From positions 1 to 64,000 of the forward strand of contig OZ244999.1 of assembly GCA_965223265.1 (NCBI GenBank): a stretch of 64,000 bases of DNA, given 5' to 3'. The DNA is from Planctomycetota bacterium. GTDB taxonomy: Bacteria; Planctomycetota; UBA8108; SXIK01. Below are positions 1 through 9,050 of this stretch, one piece after another. A model generated the notes under the pieces. The model saw only the letters and a program-made list of their open reading frames with translations. It did no database searches and was not told the DNA's origin. Made by a program: the position numbers and the translations under genes. The first letter of the stretch is position 1, and each line of letters begins with the position of its first letter.

Positions 1-320
1 GGCACCCCGTCGTTTGACCAGATCTCGTCGAACTGCTCGACGCGCTCGGTGAATTGGAGCGTCGGCACGGCCGCCGCGACGACCATCCCATTGAGCGTTA
101 GTGCGCGGAGTGCCGCAAAGTGGCAGAATTCCTCCTGGAGGTGAAACAGACGATCCCATTCCCGAATCAAGTCGACGCTGCGGCCGCCGCCGCAAACGAT
201 CACCGGGTGGGGGCGAGCAAAGTCAGCGAGAAAGCTCGTCAGCCGCAGCGGCAGGTCTTGAAGGCTCAGCAGGCTGCCGCCGAGCTTGATGACGCACGAA
301 ACATCAGGGGGGGAACCCAT
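1..320 (-). CDS. Amino-acid-kinase family protein, Orf21/MfnE-like (methanofuran/methylofuran biosynthesis); 3' end runs off the window
   Basis: Not in the ORF track. My translation from ATG at 320 (GGAGAGG upstream) gives MGSPPDVSCVIKLGGSLL...VIVCGGGRSVDLIREWDRLFHLQEEFCHFAALRALTLNG, with the VIKLGGS and GGG motifs. Co-oriented downstream of the orf9-like gene. Confidence 0.85.
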   Translation of the reverse strand, partial: MGSPPDVSCVIKLGGSLLSLQDLPLRLTSFLADFARPHPVIVCGGGRSVDLIREWDRLFHLQEEFCHFAALRALTLNGMVVAAAVPTLQFTERVEQFDEIWSNDGV

Positions 321-600
321 GACCTCTCCCAGAAATGAGTGGGCAAACCGGGAGTTTACCGCCGGTGGGGCCGCGGTCAAAGTCCCACCAGCCGTGACGA
401 CCCGCTGAAACCCAACGTTTGCGAAAGACGGTGAGAACGAGCGGCGAGGAGTGGGGCCATCGTGGTATTTCGACACGCGATGGTGTGCGGAGCGCACCCG
501 ACTTGACTCGAGCATTGCTGGCTCCGCTCAAACGTCGGTGATGGCGTGCCGTTCCTCGCGTCGTCGGCGTTCTCGTCGTCGCCGACTTTCGGCGACATGG

Positions 601-1686
601 TCATTCCAGAGCGGCTGCAGGCTGCAGGTCGGCGTCGATGAGCGTCGATGCGAGTTGCTGGAGGGCGACCGCGCACGCGGCGCGGGATGCGTCGTTGCCG
701 ATCGCTGCGCTCAGCGAAATAACACTCAGGCCTGCTGCTACCGCCGCGTCGTGCGCCAGGAATTCGCCGCTCCCCGAAACGACGGCGCTAGTGAGTTGAC
801 CCTGATGGCGTCGACGGACTTGATCGATGGCGGTGGCGATGAGGTCGATCTCGCGCTCGTAGACGCGCCGCGCAATCTCCGTCGCGCCAGCACCGTCCAG
901 CAGTGAACGATCCGCGCAGACCATGCGTGAGAGGCGCGCGTGCGCCATCGAGCGCGTGGCTGCTCGTCCATCGGCGGTGCCTCGGTCTCTCGGTCGCTCG
1001 TCGATTTTTCGCAGCATGAGGTGTGCGTCGAGACTCGTTGCAAAGAGCTCGCGCGCGATGGGGCACGGCTGACCGTTCCACTCCAGTTTCTCGACGAGCG
1101 ACGCGATCGGAGTACGCTCGGCGCCGAGATAGACCAACTCGCCGCTGACGAGACGTTCGGGGTCGGTGCGCCCGATGGCGACGGGTCGACCCGCAAGGAG
1201 GGGAACCACGTCGGTCGTTGTGGAGCCAACGTCAATCAGCACTCCTTTGCCCTCCGGGGCGAATTGGCCAGCCAAGTGAGCTAGCGCCAGCCAGTTTGCC
1301 GCAGCGACTGTGCGTGGAGACTGCCGGGCCGCGTCGCTGTGCACGAAGCGCTCTTCTGTGGTCCAAACGAGCGTTGGTCGAGGGGTCGTCTTGCCGCGAT
1401 GCGCGGCTGCCACGGCGCGCACGAGCGCATCGAGAATGGCTCGCACTCCTTCCTCCTTGATCTCGAACGCGTCGCAAAGTTCGCCGGTCATCGTCACGAG
1501 CACGGCGTCGATCGGCAGCGCGGACTGGACGATGGCGCTGAGCTCGTCGCTGAGGTGTTCCGGGCGCTGCCAGAGCGCAAAAGCACTGCTTTTCGCTGCT
1601 CCCTGCGGCGTGACGTACTTGATGTTCGCGCCGCCGATATCCAAGGCGAGCAAGCGGTGGGAGGAATCCCGGTCTGTAACTGACAT
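601..1686 (-). CDS. Hydantoinase/oxoprolinase-like H4MPT-linked C1 pathway protein (Orf9/MfnF-like)
   Basis: LALDIGGANIK, VTMTGELCDAF, AAANW, LIDVGSTTTD, ELVYLGAERTP, ELFAT, TADGR motifs; C1 cluster context. Confidence 0.88.
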   Translation of the reverse strand: MSVTDRDSSHRLLALDIGGANIKYVTPQGAAKSSAFALWQRPEHLSDELSAIVQSALPIDAVLVTMTGELCDAFEIKEEGVRAILDALVRAVAAAHRGKTTPRPTLVWTTEERFVHSDAARQSPRTVAAANWLALAHLAGQFAPEGKGVLIDVGSTTTDVVPLLAGRPVAIGRTDPERLVSGELVYLGAERTPIASLVEKLEWNGQPCPIARELFATSLDAHLMLRKIDERPRDRGTADGRAATRSMAHARLSRMVCADRSLLDGAGATEIARRVYEREIDLIATAIDQVRRRHQGQLTSAVVSGSGEFLAHDAAVAAGLSVISLSAAIGNDASRAACAVALQQLASTLIDADLQPAAALE

Positions 1687-1719
1687 CTTCTCTCTTCTTT
1701 TGTTGCGGCTGCGCCGCCG

Positions 1720-2748
1720 TCACTCGCGGGTGCGTCGAGCAAGACGTCTCACGGCACCGGTGGCAGAAAACGAAACCTGCCAGTTGTGCCACTTCGGAGC
1801 CTGCACGACTTTTTGCTCGAGCAGACGCAACAAGCAGCCGGCAAGATTGCCGGCCGCCAGTGCGCGGAGTCCGACGTAGGAAGTTGTCACCCGCGGATTG
1901 ATTTCGACGACGACGTCGCCACCTGCATTCCCTGTGACATCGAGGAGAAGATCGACGCCAACGAATCCATGGAGTCCCGAGACCGAGGCGACCGCTTTGC
2001 GCGCGAGTTCGACAGCGCGCTCCTGCAGGCCACTCGTTAACGGCAGGCTGCCGCCGAGGTAGCGGAATGTGCCGTCATTCGACAGGTTTTGTTCACACGG
2101 CATGAGGGGAAGGAATTGATCGTTGCCGACGATTGATAGCACGCTGACAGGCATCCCCCCATGGTACGGCATGACAACCAGATCGGTGTCGGAGGCGATT
2201 TGTTTTGGCCACTTCTCGAGCAGTCGTACACGCTGCGAACCGGCGCCGTGGCGTGGCTTTGTCACCCACGGACCAGGACCAGGTGGCGCGTCTGGAGCCA
2301 AACGCACAGTTGTTAGAGCAGGGATTTCCTTTTCTCGCAGGTGCGCGGCGCACGTTAGTTTGTCGGAAGCGAGTGCCACACCCTCGGCTTTGGAGCCAAG
2401 GAGCTGGGCGCCGCAAGACTCGGCCCGGCGCACCAACTGCAGTGCGATCTCCTCCGACTCTGGGGCGACGATCAGGGACGCGTCGCATTTCTTGACGAGC
2501 TCGTCGAATGCTTGCTCCCTCGCATCGTCCGCGTCGACCGCGAAGAGCGTCAGCTGGTCGCTTTCTGGAAGTGCAGAGTTCGTCGCATACCGGCGGTCGA
2601 TTGTCGCGCAGACGTTGACGTCCGGAAGTGCCGAGAAGTCTGTCAGCAGCGAGGTCAACATAGCCCAGCCTTCGCTCCCTAACGAATCCGGTAGGGAGCG
2701 GTTCGCGAATCCCCCGCCCGTGACATGTTCATAGACGAAAATGCGCAT
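1720..2748 (-). CDS. ATP-grasp ligase, Orf1/MfnD-like (tyramine-glutamate ligase family)
   Basis: Start moved to ATG 2748 (MRIFVYEHVTGGG...SEGWAML). LIVAPE, SDK, KPRHGAGS, GFVGVD, EINPRVTTSYVGL motifs. Confidence 0.85.
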   Translation of the reverse strand: MRIFVYEHVTGGGFANRSLPDSLGSEGWAMLTSLLTDFSALPDVNVCATIDRRYATNSALPESDQLTLFAVDADDAREQAFDELVKKCDASLIVAPESEEIALQLVRRAESCGAQLLGSKAEGVALASDKLTCAAHLREKEIPALTTVRLAPDAPPGPGPWVTKPRHGAGSQRVRLLEKWPKQIASDTDLVVMPYHGGMPVSVLSIVGNDQFLPLMPCEQNLSNDGTFRYLGGSLPLTSGLQERAVELARKAVASVSGLHGFVGVDLLLDVTGNAGGDVVVEINPRVTTSYVGLRALAAGNLAGCLLRLLEQKVVQAPKWHNWQVSFSATGAVRRLARRTRE

Positions 2749-2951
2749 ACACTGGCCTCGTTTACTATGGCAACGAGTCACTTCGACGCGGCCGTCTTGA
2801 CTCGTGAGTTTCGTTGTTGGGCGTCGCTCTCCAAAGTCGAGTTCGGCGTCGGGAGTTTGGTTCAGGTAGTGCGACGATCCGAATTCATCCCTTCCCACTC
2901 CCATGGGCCGTGCCGAAAAGGTCGCGGGGCGCGAAGGGACAGCCTCCTTTG

Positions 2952-5474
2952 TTACTGCTCCCTGGGCTCGAGTCGGTACGCGGGAGTCGACGCCCCGGCC
3001 GGATCGAGGCGCCATGGGGTCCAGGCGAATCTGAGCGAGGTAATCTGAATGTCGGATTTTTTCGGTCTTAGCTGAACGTCGGTCACCTCGACTTCGGCCA
3101 TCGGGTCTTGATCCTTGAGGCCTTCAAGTTCTTCTTCGAACTCCGCTTCGAGTTCGTCGAGCTGCTGCTGGAGAGCCTCTAAGGCTTCACGGGCGCGAGC
3201 TATATCGCCACGTTCTTTCGCCGCGCGACCGACGGTCTTTGCGCTCGTCGCCGCGCGCCCCACGGTTCCGCGAGTTGATTTCCGGCCGAAGAGCGCGCCA
3301 AGGATCGTGGCGCCGATCGAAACCACCGTATCCAGTTTCTTCTGATCGTATTGTGACTCTTCGCGCTCGACTCGTGCCTCTGCCTTGCGGATACGTTCTT
3401 GGAGTCGCTTAAGCTTGGGGGTGTAACGCTTGCGTAGCTTCTCGAGTTGGGCATCGCGAGCTTCTCGCACGGCCTCACGCACTCGGACTCTGAAATCACC
3501 CTCGGTCTCGCCAGGTCGGGAGCGCAGTTTGGGTCGCGAGCATGACCATAGCGTCATCGCGTGTTGTTGGTAGAGGGCGGACACCAAGGCTTTCTTGAGT
3601 CTCGTCACGGCCTGCTTGCCACGCACTGCTTTCGGGAGCTCTGCGTAGCTTCCCGCGTCGATCGGCTCTGCGTCCTCGTCCGGGAGTTCCACCAACTCGA
3701 CAATGTCTTCCCATGCGCGGGAGGCATGAGCGTCAAGGGGCGAAAAGACGATCACCTCTTTCCACTCGTCAAGGTCGAAGCTCGCCCGGGCGAAGTGAAG
3801 CTTGGCGCTGCCGATGAGCGCGGGTTGGTAGACGAGTTGCACGCCCGAACCGGCATCAGGAATCTTGCCATCGACCGACAAGAACGATTCGTCGAGAGGA
3901 GCGGTGAGGACCGGTCGTGACGAGGCGGCGTCGCCGCGTGGCGTGGGTGGATCTTTCGAAGGCTGAGCCGCGCGCGACGTTGCCGCCGCCGCCGTCGTCG
4001 CCGCCGCCGTCGTCGCCGTCGCCGTGCCGTTCGCTCTCGACCCTGACGAGCTGCGAGCGGCCTTCAACGGTGCTGTCAACGTCTTGATCTGCTCGCGCGT
4101 CAAAGGGCCACGAAGATAGGACATTGCCCAGCGGGTGTGAAACAGTACCGGCGCGTCTTCGTGGACGTTGTTCATCAGGAAGACGCGACTGCCGAGTCCG
4201 GCGATCGTCGCTTCGGTCTCCTGCCGGTCGAAGCCATGCCCGGCTGCCGTCGACGCGCCTTCGAGCCCTTCAATGACGCGCGACACATCGCGTTCTGTCT
4301 GCAGGCGGCCGATGAACCAGGTGCCGGCGTTGGAGAGACCCTTGTAGTCGAGATCAACCGGGTTCTGCGTCGCCAGCACAACTCCGAGCCCGAACGCGCG
4401 TGCTTGCTTGAGAAGCGTGAGCATCGGCACCTTTGACGGCGGATTGGCGGTGGGCGGAAAGAAGCCGAAGACTTCGTCCATGTAGAGGAGCGCCCGCAGC
4501 GAAGAAGTGCCCGGTTGGCTGCGCATCCACGCCAGCGTTTCACTGAGGAGTAGCGTCACAAAGAACATTCGCTCTTCGTCGCTGAGATGCGCGATCGACA
4601 GCACAGAGATCTTTGGTTTTCCCTGCGGCGTCCAAAGAAGACGCTGAATGTCGAGCGGCTCCCCCTGCATCCAACCGGCGAAGCTGGGCGATGCGAGCAG
4701 GCCGTTGAGTCTCATCGCCAGGTCGCTGCGGTCCTTCGTCGGATAGAACGACTCGAGGTCGAGCACACCGACGCGTTCGAATGGTGGCTTCTGAATGTCG
4801 CGGATCAGGTCGACGATCGGAACGTCTTGCAGCTGTTCCCACCGATGCTGCAGGATACTCGAAATCAGGATGTGCTCGCGGCTGCGGATGGGATCCGCCT
4901 CGATCCCGAGAAGCGCGAGCAGGCTCGACGCGGCACTCGAGAGCCGCTCTCGCAACAGGTCCGCATCGCCCTTCGCGTCGCTCGCGGGTGCTGCGAACGA
5001 TCGTAGTGCTGAGATTTCCATTCCGGCGCTACTGCCGGGAGTGTAGATGACGACGTCTGCGGCATCGCGGAGTCGCTGAACGCGCGCACCGTCCTGGCCC
5101 CACTGCGCCAAACCGTTTTTCCACAGGGCTGCGACGTTCTCGGCGTGTTCGTCGACGCTGACTCCACGGTTCGTCGCCTCTGATGGATCGATCCATGGTT
5201 TGAACGACGCGGCGTCGAGGTCAGGAAACGTCAACAGAAGATTGCCGATGTCACCCTTCGGATCGATGACGAGCGCGGGGATACCGTCGATCGCAGCTTC
5301 TTCCAAGAGCGTGACGCAGAGACCCGTCTTGCCGCTGCCTGTCATGCCGACGCAAACAGCGTGGGTCGTAAGGTCCTTGGCGTCGTAGAGGATCAATTCT
5401 TCCCCGACGGAGCGATCGCTTGGATCAACGTTCCGACCGAGGTAGAAGGCGCCAAGCTTTTCGAAATTCTTCAT
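2952..5474 (-). CDS. HerA/FtsK-like P-loop ATPase (DUF87/DUF853-like) with C-terminal coiled coil
   Basis: Walker A GMTGSGKT, IDPKGD, Walker B LYMDE, KQARAFG, ATQNPVDLDYK; Ala/Thr-rich linker followed by a coiled-coil tail. Confidence 0.85.
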   Translation of the reverse strand: MKNFEKLGAFYLGRNVDPSDRSVGEELILYDAKDLTTHAVCVGMTGSGKTGLCVTLLEEAAIDGIPALVIDPKGDIGNLLLTFPDLDAASFKPWIDPSEATNRGVSVDEHAENVAALWKNGLAQWGQDGARVQRLRDAADVVIYTPGSSAGMEISALRSFAAPASDAKGDADLLRERLSSAASSLLALLGIEADPIRSREHILISSILQHRWEQLQDVPIVDLIRDIQKPPFERVGVLDLESFYPTKDRSDLAMRLNGLLASPSFAGWMQGEPLDIQRLLWTPQGKPKISVLSIAHLSDEERMFFVTLLLSETLAWMRSQPGTSSLRALLYMDEVFGFFPPTANPPSKVPMLTLLKQARAFGLGVVLATQNPVDLDYKGLSNAGTWFIGRLQTERDVSRVIEGLEGASTAAGHGFDRQETEATIAGLGSRVFLMNNVHEDAPVLFHTRWAMSYLRGPLTREQIKTLTAPLKAARSSSGSRANGTATATTAAATTAAAATSRAAQPSKDPPTPRGDAASSRPVLTAPLDESFLSVDGKIPDAGSGVQLVYQPALIGSAKLHFARASFDLDEWKEVIVFSPLDAHASRAWEDIVELVELPDEDAEPIDAGSYAELPKAVRGKQAVTRLKKALVSALYQQHAMTLWSCSRPKLRSRPGETEGDFRVRVREAVREARDAQLEKLRKRYTPKLKRLQERIRKAEARVEREESQYDQKKLDTVVSIGATILGALFGRKSTRGTVGRAATSAKTVGRAAKERGDIARAREALEALQQQLDELEAEFEEELEGLKDQDPMAEVEVTDVQLRPKKSDIQITSLRFAWTPWRLDPAGASTPAYRLEPREQ

Positions 5475-5525
5475 CGACCGAGAGCTCCACCGCGACGATG
5501 AGATTATTCTATGCTCGTTGAGGGT

Positions 5526-5543
5526 TGCATGTTATAGCATGCA
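5526..5543. promoter_or_regulatory. 18-bp near-perfect palindrome, putative operator in a divergent intergenic region
   Basis: TGCATGTTATAGCATGCA matches its reverse complement at 16/18 positions; AT-rich against a GC-rich background. Confidence 0.45.
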
Positions 5544-5686
5544 CCCGGTCCAGCCGGTCAGGGATTTCCCGATAGATCCGAGACCGCGCCGCGGCTAGTT
5601 TTAGAGGCGCGAGCCGAGCACTCAAGCAGAGCGGCCGCGACGCACGCGAGCGGCCAACGGCCTACCTTTTACGGAGGATTTTTAGG

Positions 5687-5890
5687 ATGTCAGTCGCAAA
5701 GGTTACGGAAATCAGTTCGACTTCGAAGAAGAGCTTCGATGACGCCATCGAGGCCGGCATCGACCGCGCGAACAAGACGCTGGACAACATCTCGGGGGCG
5801 TGGATTCAAGAGATGAAGGTTGACGTCGACGGCGGCAAGATCAAAGCCTACCGCGTCAACATGAAGGTGACGTTTGTACTGAAGGACTAA
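5687..5890 (+). CDS. Dodecin family protein
   Basis: 67 aa, GGAGG RBS; SVAKVTEISSTS..SFDDAI..GI.RA.KTL...YRVNMKVTF pattern. Confidence 0.88.
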   Translation: MSVAKVTEISSTSKKSFDDAIEAGIDRANKTLDNISGAWIQEMKVDVDGGKIKAYRVNMKVTFVLKD

Positions 5891-5974
5891 GGACTCAGTG
5901 CGAGCCTGACATTGACGCTCGGTGCGCATTGCGCCGTAGCGCCGCGACTCGTCGTCAGCCGTCGCCTGCATCTC

Positions 5975-6697
5975 GTGGAAATCTATCCAGTTCTCGACAT
6001 TCGCGGTGGCGTCGTGGTTCACGCTGTGCGCGGGCAACGTGACTCCTACCAGGAGCTGCGTAGCCGCTGGGCTCAGAGCGCCGAACCGGTAGAGGTGGCG
6101 GCCGCAGTGCGCCAGCAGTTCGGCCTTTCGACCTGCTATGTGGCGGATCTTGACGCATTGGGTGGCGGTCAGCCGGCGCTGGAGACGTTCGCTGCCTTGA
6201 AGCGCGCCCGGTTTCGACTACTCGTCGATGCGGGAAGTCGCGACGTCGCCAAGGCGGAACTGTTGTTCGAGCACGGCGTCGACGAAGTTGTGGTCGCGCT
6301 CGAGTCGAGTCCCGAGCTGGACGAGCTCGCCGCGTTGGTCGAGAGGTGCGGCAGCGATCGCATCGTCTTTAGCCTCGACTTGATGGGCGGCGTTCCCATG
6401 GGTACGAAGATGCCGTGGGGTGTGACCGAGCCGCGGACGATCGCACGAGCGGCCTACGGCGCGGGTGTTCGCCGCATGATCTTACTCGACCTGGCGTATG
6501 TTGGCAGCGACGCTGGTCCCGTCCTCGCCAAGCTTCTTGGCGAGTTGAACGACCAGCACCCTGACGTGTCGTGGATCACCGGCGGGGGCGTGCGCAGCAT
6601 CGCCGACCTCGAAGCGTACGAACGTGCCGGGGCGAGCGCCGTGCTCGTGGCCACGGCGCTGCACGACGGTCGTCTTGTGCCGCCGCTTGCCTCCTAA
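5975..6697 (+). CDS. HisA/HisF-related TIM-barrel protein, Orf17-like (C1 cluster)
   Basis: Probable GTG start 5975. IYPVLDIRGGVVVHAVRGQRDSY, YVADLDA, VDAG, FSLDL, LLDLAYVGS, GGGVRS, LVATALHDG motifs. Confidence 0.85.
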   Translation: MEIYPVLDIRGGVVVHAVRGQRDSYQELRSRWAQSAEPVEVAAAVRQQFGLSTCYVADLDALGGGQPALETFAALKRARFRLLVDAGSRDVAKAELLFEHGVDEVVVALESSPELDELAALVERCGSDRIVFSLDLMGGVPMGTKMPWGVTEPRTIARAAYGAGVRRMILLDLAYVGSDAGPVLAKLLGELNDQHPDVSWITGGGVRSIADLEAYERAGASAVLVATALHDGRLVPPLAS

Positions 6698-6731
6698 CAC
6701 ACGGCGATGTCGGTAGGAAATTCCTCGGCAC

Positions 6732-7952
6732 TCACTTCGAATCGGGCAGCGGCTTGATCCAAAGCTGGCTGAAAAAGACCTGGCCGTGGTCGCCCTGGAT
6801 CTTGAACGTGTCGGGTGCAGGTTTCTCGGTCTTTTTCCCGTGATTGTCGGTTCGCGTCGCGCACTGGCGCCCACTGTGAATCAGCTGGCCGTTCTGCCAC
6901 GCCGAGATTCTCATGCCGTCGAGCTTGGCAAAGATGTGATTCCACTCGTTCGGCCCATGGCGTGCTGCTGCCAGCGGCGCATACAGGGAATAGAGCGCGC
7001 CATCGCCGTGTTTTCTGTCGATGGATCCATCCTTGTAGATCTGAATCTCCCACTGATTCCTGAAGTAGAAACCGCTGTTGCCGTTTTCTGCCTCAGCGCT
7101 CGGGTTGCTCTTGTAGCAGTAGTAGACGAGGAAGTTTTCGAACTTCTCGTTGGTCCAGATGTCGAATCCTTTGCTGCCATGGACGATGTTGGAGAAGGCG
7201 TGGTCTTTGACGGCCCAGCCGGATGTGATGTCTTTGCCATCAGCGTGGAAGGCTGAAAGGTCCTTGCCGTTCCAGATCGGACGCCAACCCGAACCGGGTC
7301 CGAAGAGGGGTCGGATGCGAACGCTGCGGTACCAGACGTGACTGTGATTGCCTTGGAGCATGAGCGGGCCGCGTAGAGGAGTGAGTTCCTTCTCGTCGTT
7401 CGCCGACATCTCACCGCCGGTCGGCTTCGGACTATAGACGTTGTCTTGAATCAAGACTCCGTTGTGCCACACAGTGATGTGGTGGCCGATGTGAAGGACA
7501 CGGAACGTGTTCCACTCGCCTGGGGGGCGCTGAGCGTTGCGAAGCGGCAGAAAATCGCCGCCGAAAACCGAGCCGGCATCGACGGGGCGCAGCTCCGAAG
7601 CATCCTTGCCATAGCTGTCGTAGATCTGGATTTCTACCTGACCGCGCAGGTAGACGCCGCTATTGCCCTTGGGCGGAATGCGGTAATCGATCTCGAGCTC
7701 GTAGTTTTCAAACAGTTCCTTCGTGCAGAGATCGTTGACCTTGTCGCGTGTGTTCGTCATGGCGCCGTCTTCGATGCGCCACGCCTGTTGGTGCTGCCGC
7801 GTTTCGCTCGGATGGTTCGGCTTGGCGGCGCGCCAGGCGTCGAGGCTCTGGCCGTCGAAGAGCACGATCCATTTGCCGAACTCCTCGCTTTGACCGTGAG
7901 CAAGCGGCGATGCGATCGCGACAGCAAAGAGCCAAGAAAACATGCGCTTCAT
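6732..7952 (-). CDS. Exported tandem DUF1080 (3-keto-disaccharide hydrolase-like) protein
   Basis: Signal peptide; two copies of LFDG/IWNG...NSG.Y.R...EIQI...GEWN...LQG.H..V.(Y/F). Confidence 0.85.
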   Translation of the reverse strand: MKRMFSWLFAVAIASPLAHGQSEEFGKWIVLFDGQSLDAWRAAKPNHPSETRQHQQAWRIEDGAMTNTRDKVNDLCTKELFENYELEIDYRIPPKGNSGVYLRGQVEIQIYDSYGKDASELRPVDAGSVFGGDFLPLRNAQRPPGEWNTFRVLHIGHHITVWHNGVLIQDNVYSPKPTGGEMSANDEKELTPLRGPLMLQGNHSHVWYRSVRIRPLFGPGSGWRPIWNGKDLSAFHADGKDITSGWAVKDHAFSNIVHGSKGFDIWTNEKFENFLVYYCYKSNPSAEAENGNSGFYFRNQWEIQIYKDGSIDRKHGDGALYSLYAPLAAARHGPNEWNHIFAKLDGMRISAWQNGQLIHSGRQCATRTDNHGKKTEKPAPDTFKIQGDHGQVFFSQLWIKPLPDSK

Positions 7953-8192
7953 CGCAGGATTCTCCTTCTCGTTGGGCGGGGTCGGTGAACGTTGAGTGCA
8001 GTCTCATGAAGTGGCGACCGTGAACACGGCCGAGACGATTCTCGTCGCTCCCGATCATCAGTGCAACCCGGATTCTCCGCGACGTCTTTTGCTGGCGCCC
8101 TTTTCGCCGCAGCGTACAATGCCGAGCGTCGCCCTGCGCAGGTGGTGCGCCTGACGGGCTACGGACGGGATCATGCGTCGAGGAGTTTTGCG

Positions 8193-8999
8193 TTGGACCT
8201 CTTTCTCAAGGATTCGGTTGCGGTTGTTATCGGTGGAGCCCAGGGCATCGGCCTGGCTGTCGCGAAGGAATTGGCACGTGAAGGAGCCCGGGTCGCCGTC
8301 GTCGACCTTGACGTCGCCGCTGAAGAGGTGGCTACGAATCTGAAGTCCGAGTGCGGCGTGGACTCGATCGGCGTGGTCGCGGATGTCACCGAAGCTCAAG
8401 CGATGTCTCACGTCGCCAAGCATGTCGACGCGCAGCTCGGTCCTTGCGAGCACGTGATCTGCACGGCAGGAATCGGCTCGGGGAAGTTCGGCTTCCCGTT
8501 TTGGAACCTCGAGCCGAGTGACTGGGATCGCGTCGTGAAAGTGAATCTCATCGGCACGGTCAACGTGGCGCACGCCTTCACCCCCGGGTTCGTTGAGCGG
8601 CGGCGCGGCGACTTCTTGTTCTTCTCCTCTGTCGCGGGGCAAATTGGCTCGCAGACGGATCCACCCTACAGCGCAGCCAAGGCTGGAGTGATCAACTTCA
8701 CGCAATGCGCCGCGAAGGACCTGGCTCCGTATCGAGTGCGCGTCAACTGCATCTGCCCAGGGATGGTGAAGACCAAGATCAACCGCTCCGTGTGGGAGTC
8801 TCTCAAAGCGCAGGACCCGGCGGCGGCGGGCGCGAGCTACGAAGAGTGGGCCGACGCCAAGGTACGCCAGGTGGTACCGCTGGGACGCTGGCAGGAGCCC
8901 GAAGACGTCGCGGCGATGTGTGCGTTCCTGGCGTCACCGCGAGCCCAAGCTGTCACCGGTCAGACGATCAACGTCGACGGCGGCTTCGTCATGCACTGA
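8193..8999 (+). CDS. Short-chain dehydrogenase/reductase (classical SDR)
   Basis: Probable TTG start after AGGAG; GGAQGIG, SS...YSAAK, VNCICPG, TGQTINVDGG. Confidence 0.88.
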   Translation: MDLFLKDSVAVVIGGAQGIGLAVAKELAREGARVAVVDLDVAAEEVATNLKSECGVDSIGVVADVTEAQAMSHVAKHVDAQLGPCEHVICTAGIGSGKFGFPFWNLEPSDWDRVVKVNLIGTVNVAHAFTPGFVERRRGDFLFFSSVAGQIGSQTDPPYSAAKAGVINFTQCAAKDLAPYRVRVNCICPGMVKTKINRSVWESLKAQDPAAAGASYEEWADAKVRQVVPLGRWQEPEDVAAMCAFLASPRAQAVTGQTINVDGGFVMH

Positions 9000-9050
9000 T
9001 GGAGTTGACTCAAAAGGTTGTGACCACCAGACCCGTGAATGGGCGCCTCG

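Noticed and set aside
120-338. Plus-strand 72-aa ORF
   Set aside because: Antisense shadow of the minus-strand kinase gene.
2749-3015. N-terminal extension of the 431-aa ATP-grasp ORF
   Set aside because: Overlaps the upstream ATPase end; family similarity begins at MRIFVYEH.
3981-4030. GCC/GTC low-complexity run
   Set aside because: Encodes an Ala/Thr linker within the ATPase; not a separate element.
5975-6697. Histidine biosynthesis hisA
   Set aside because: The VVHAVRGQR..Y motif and C1 context fit the Orf17 subfamily; no other his genes are present.
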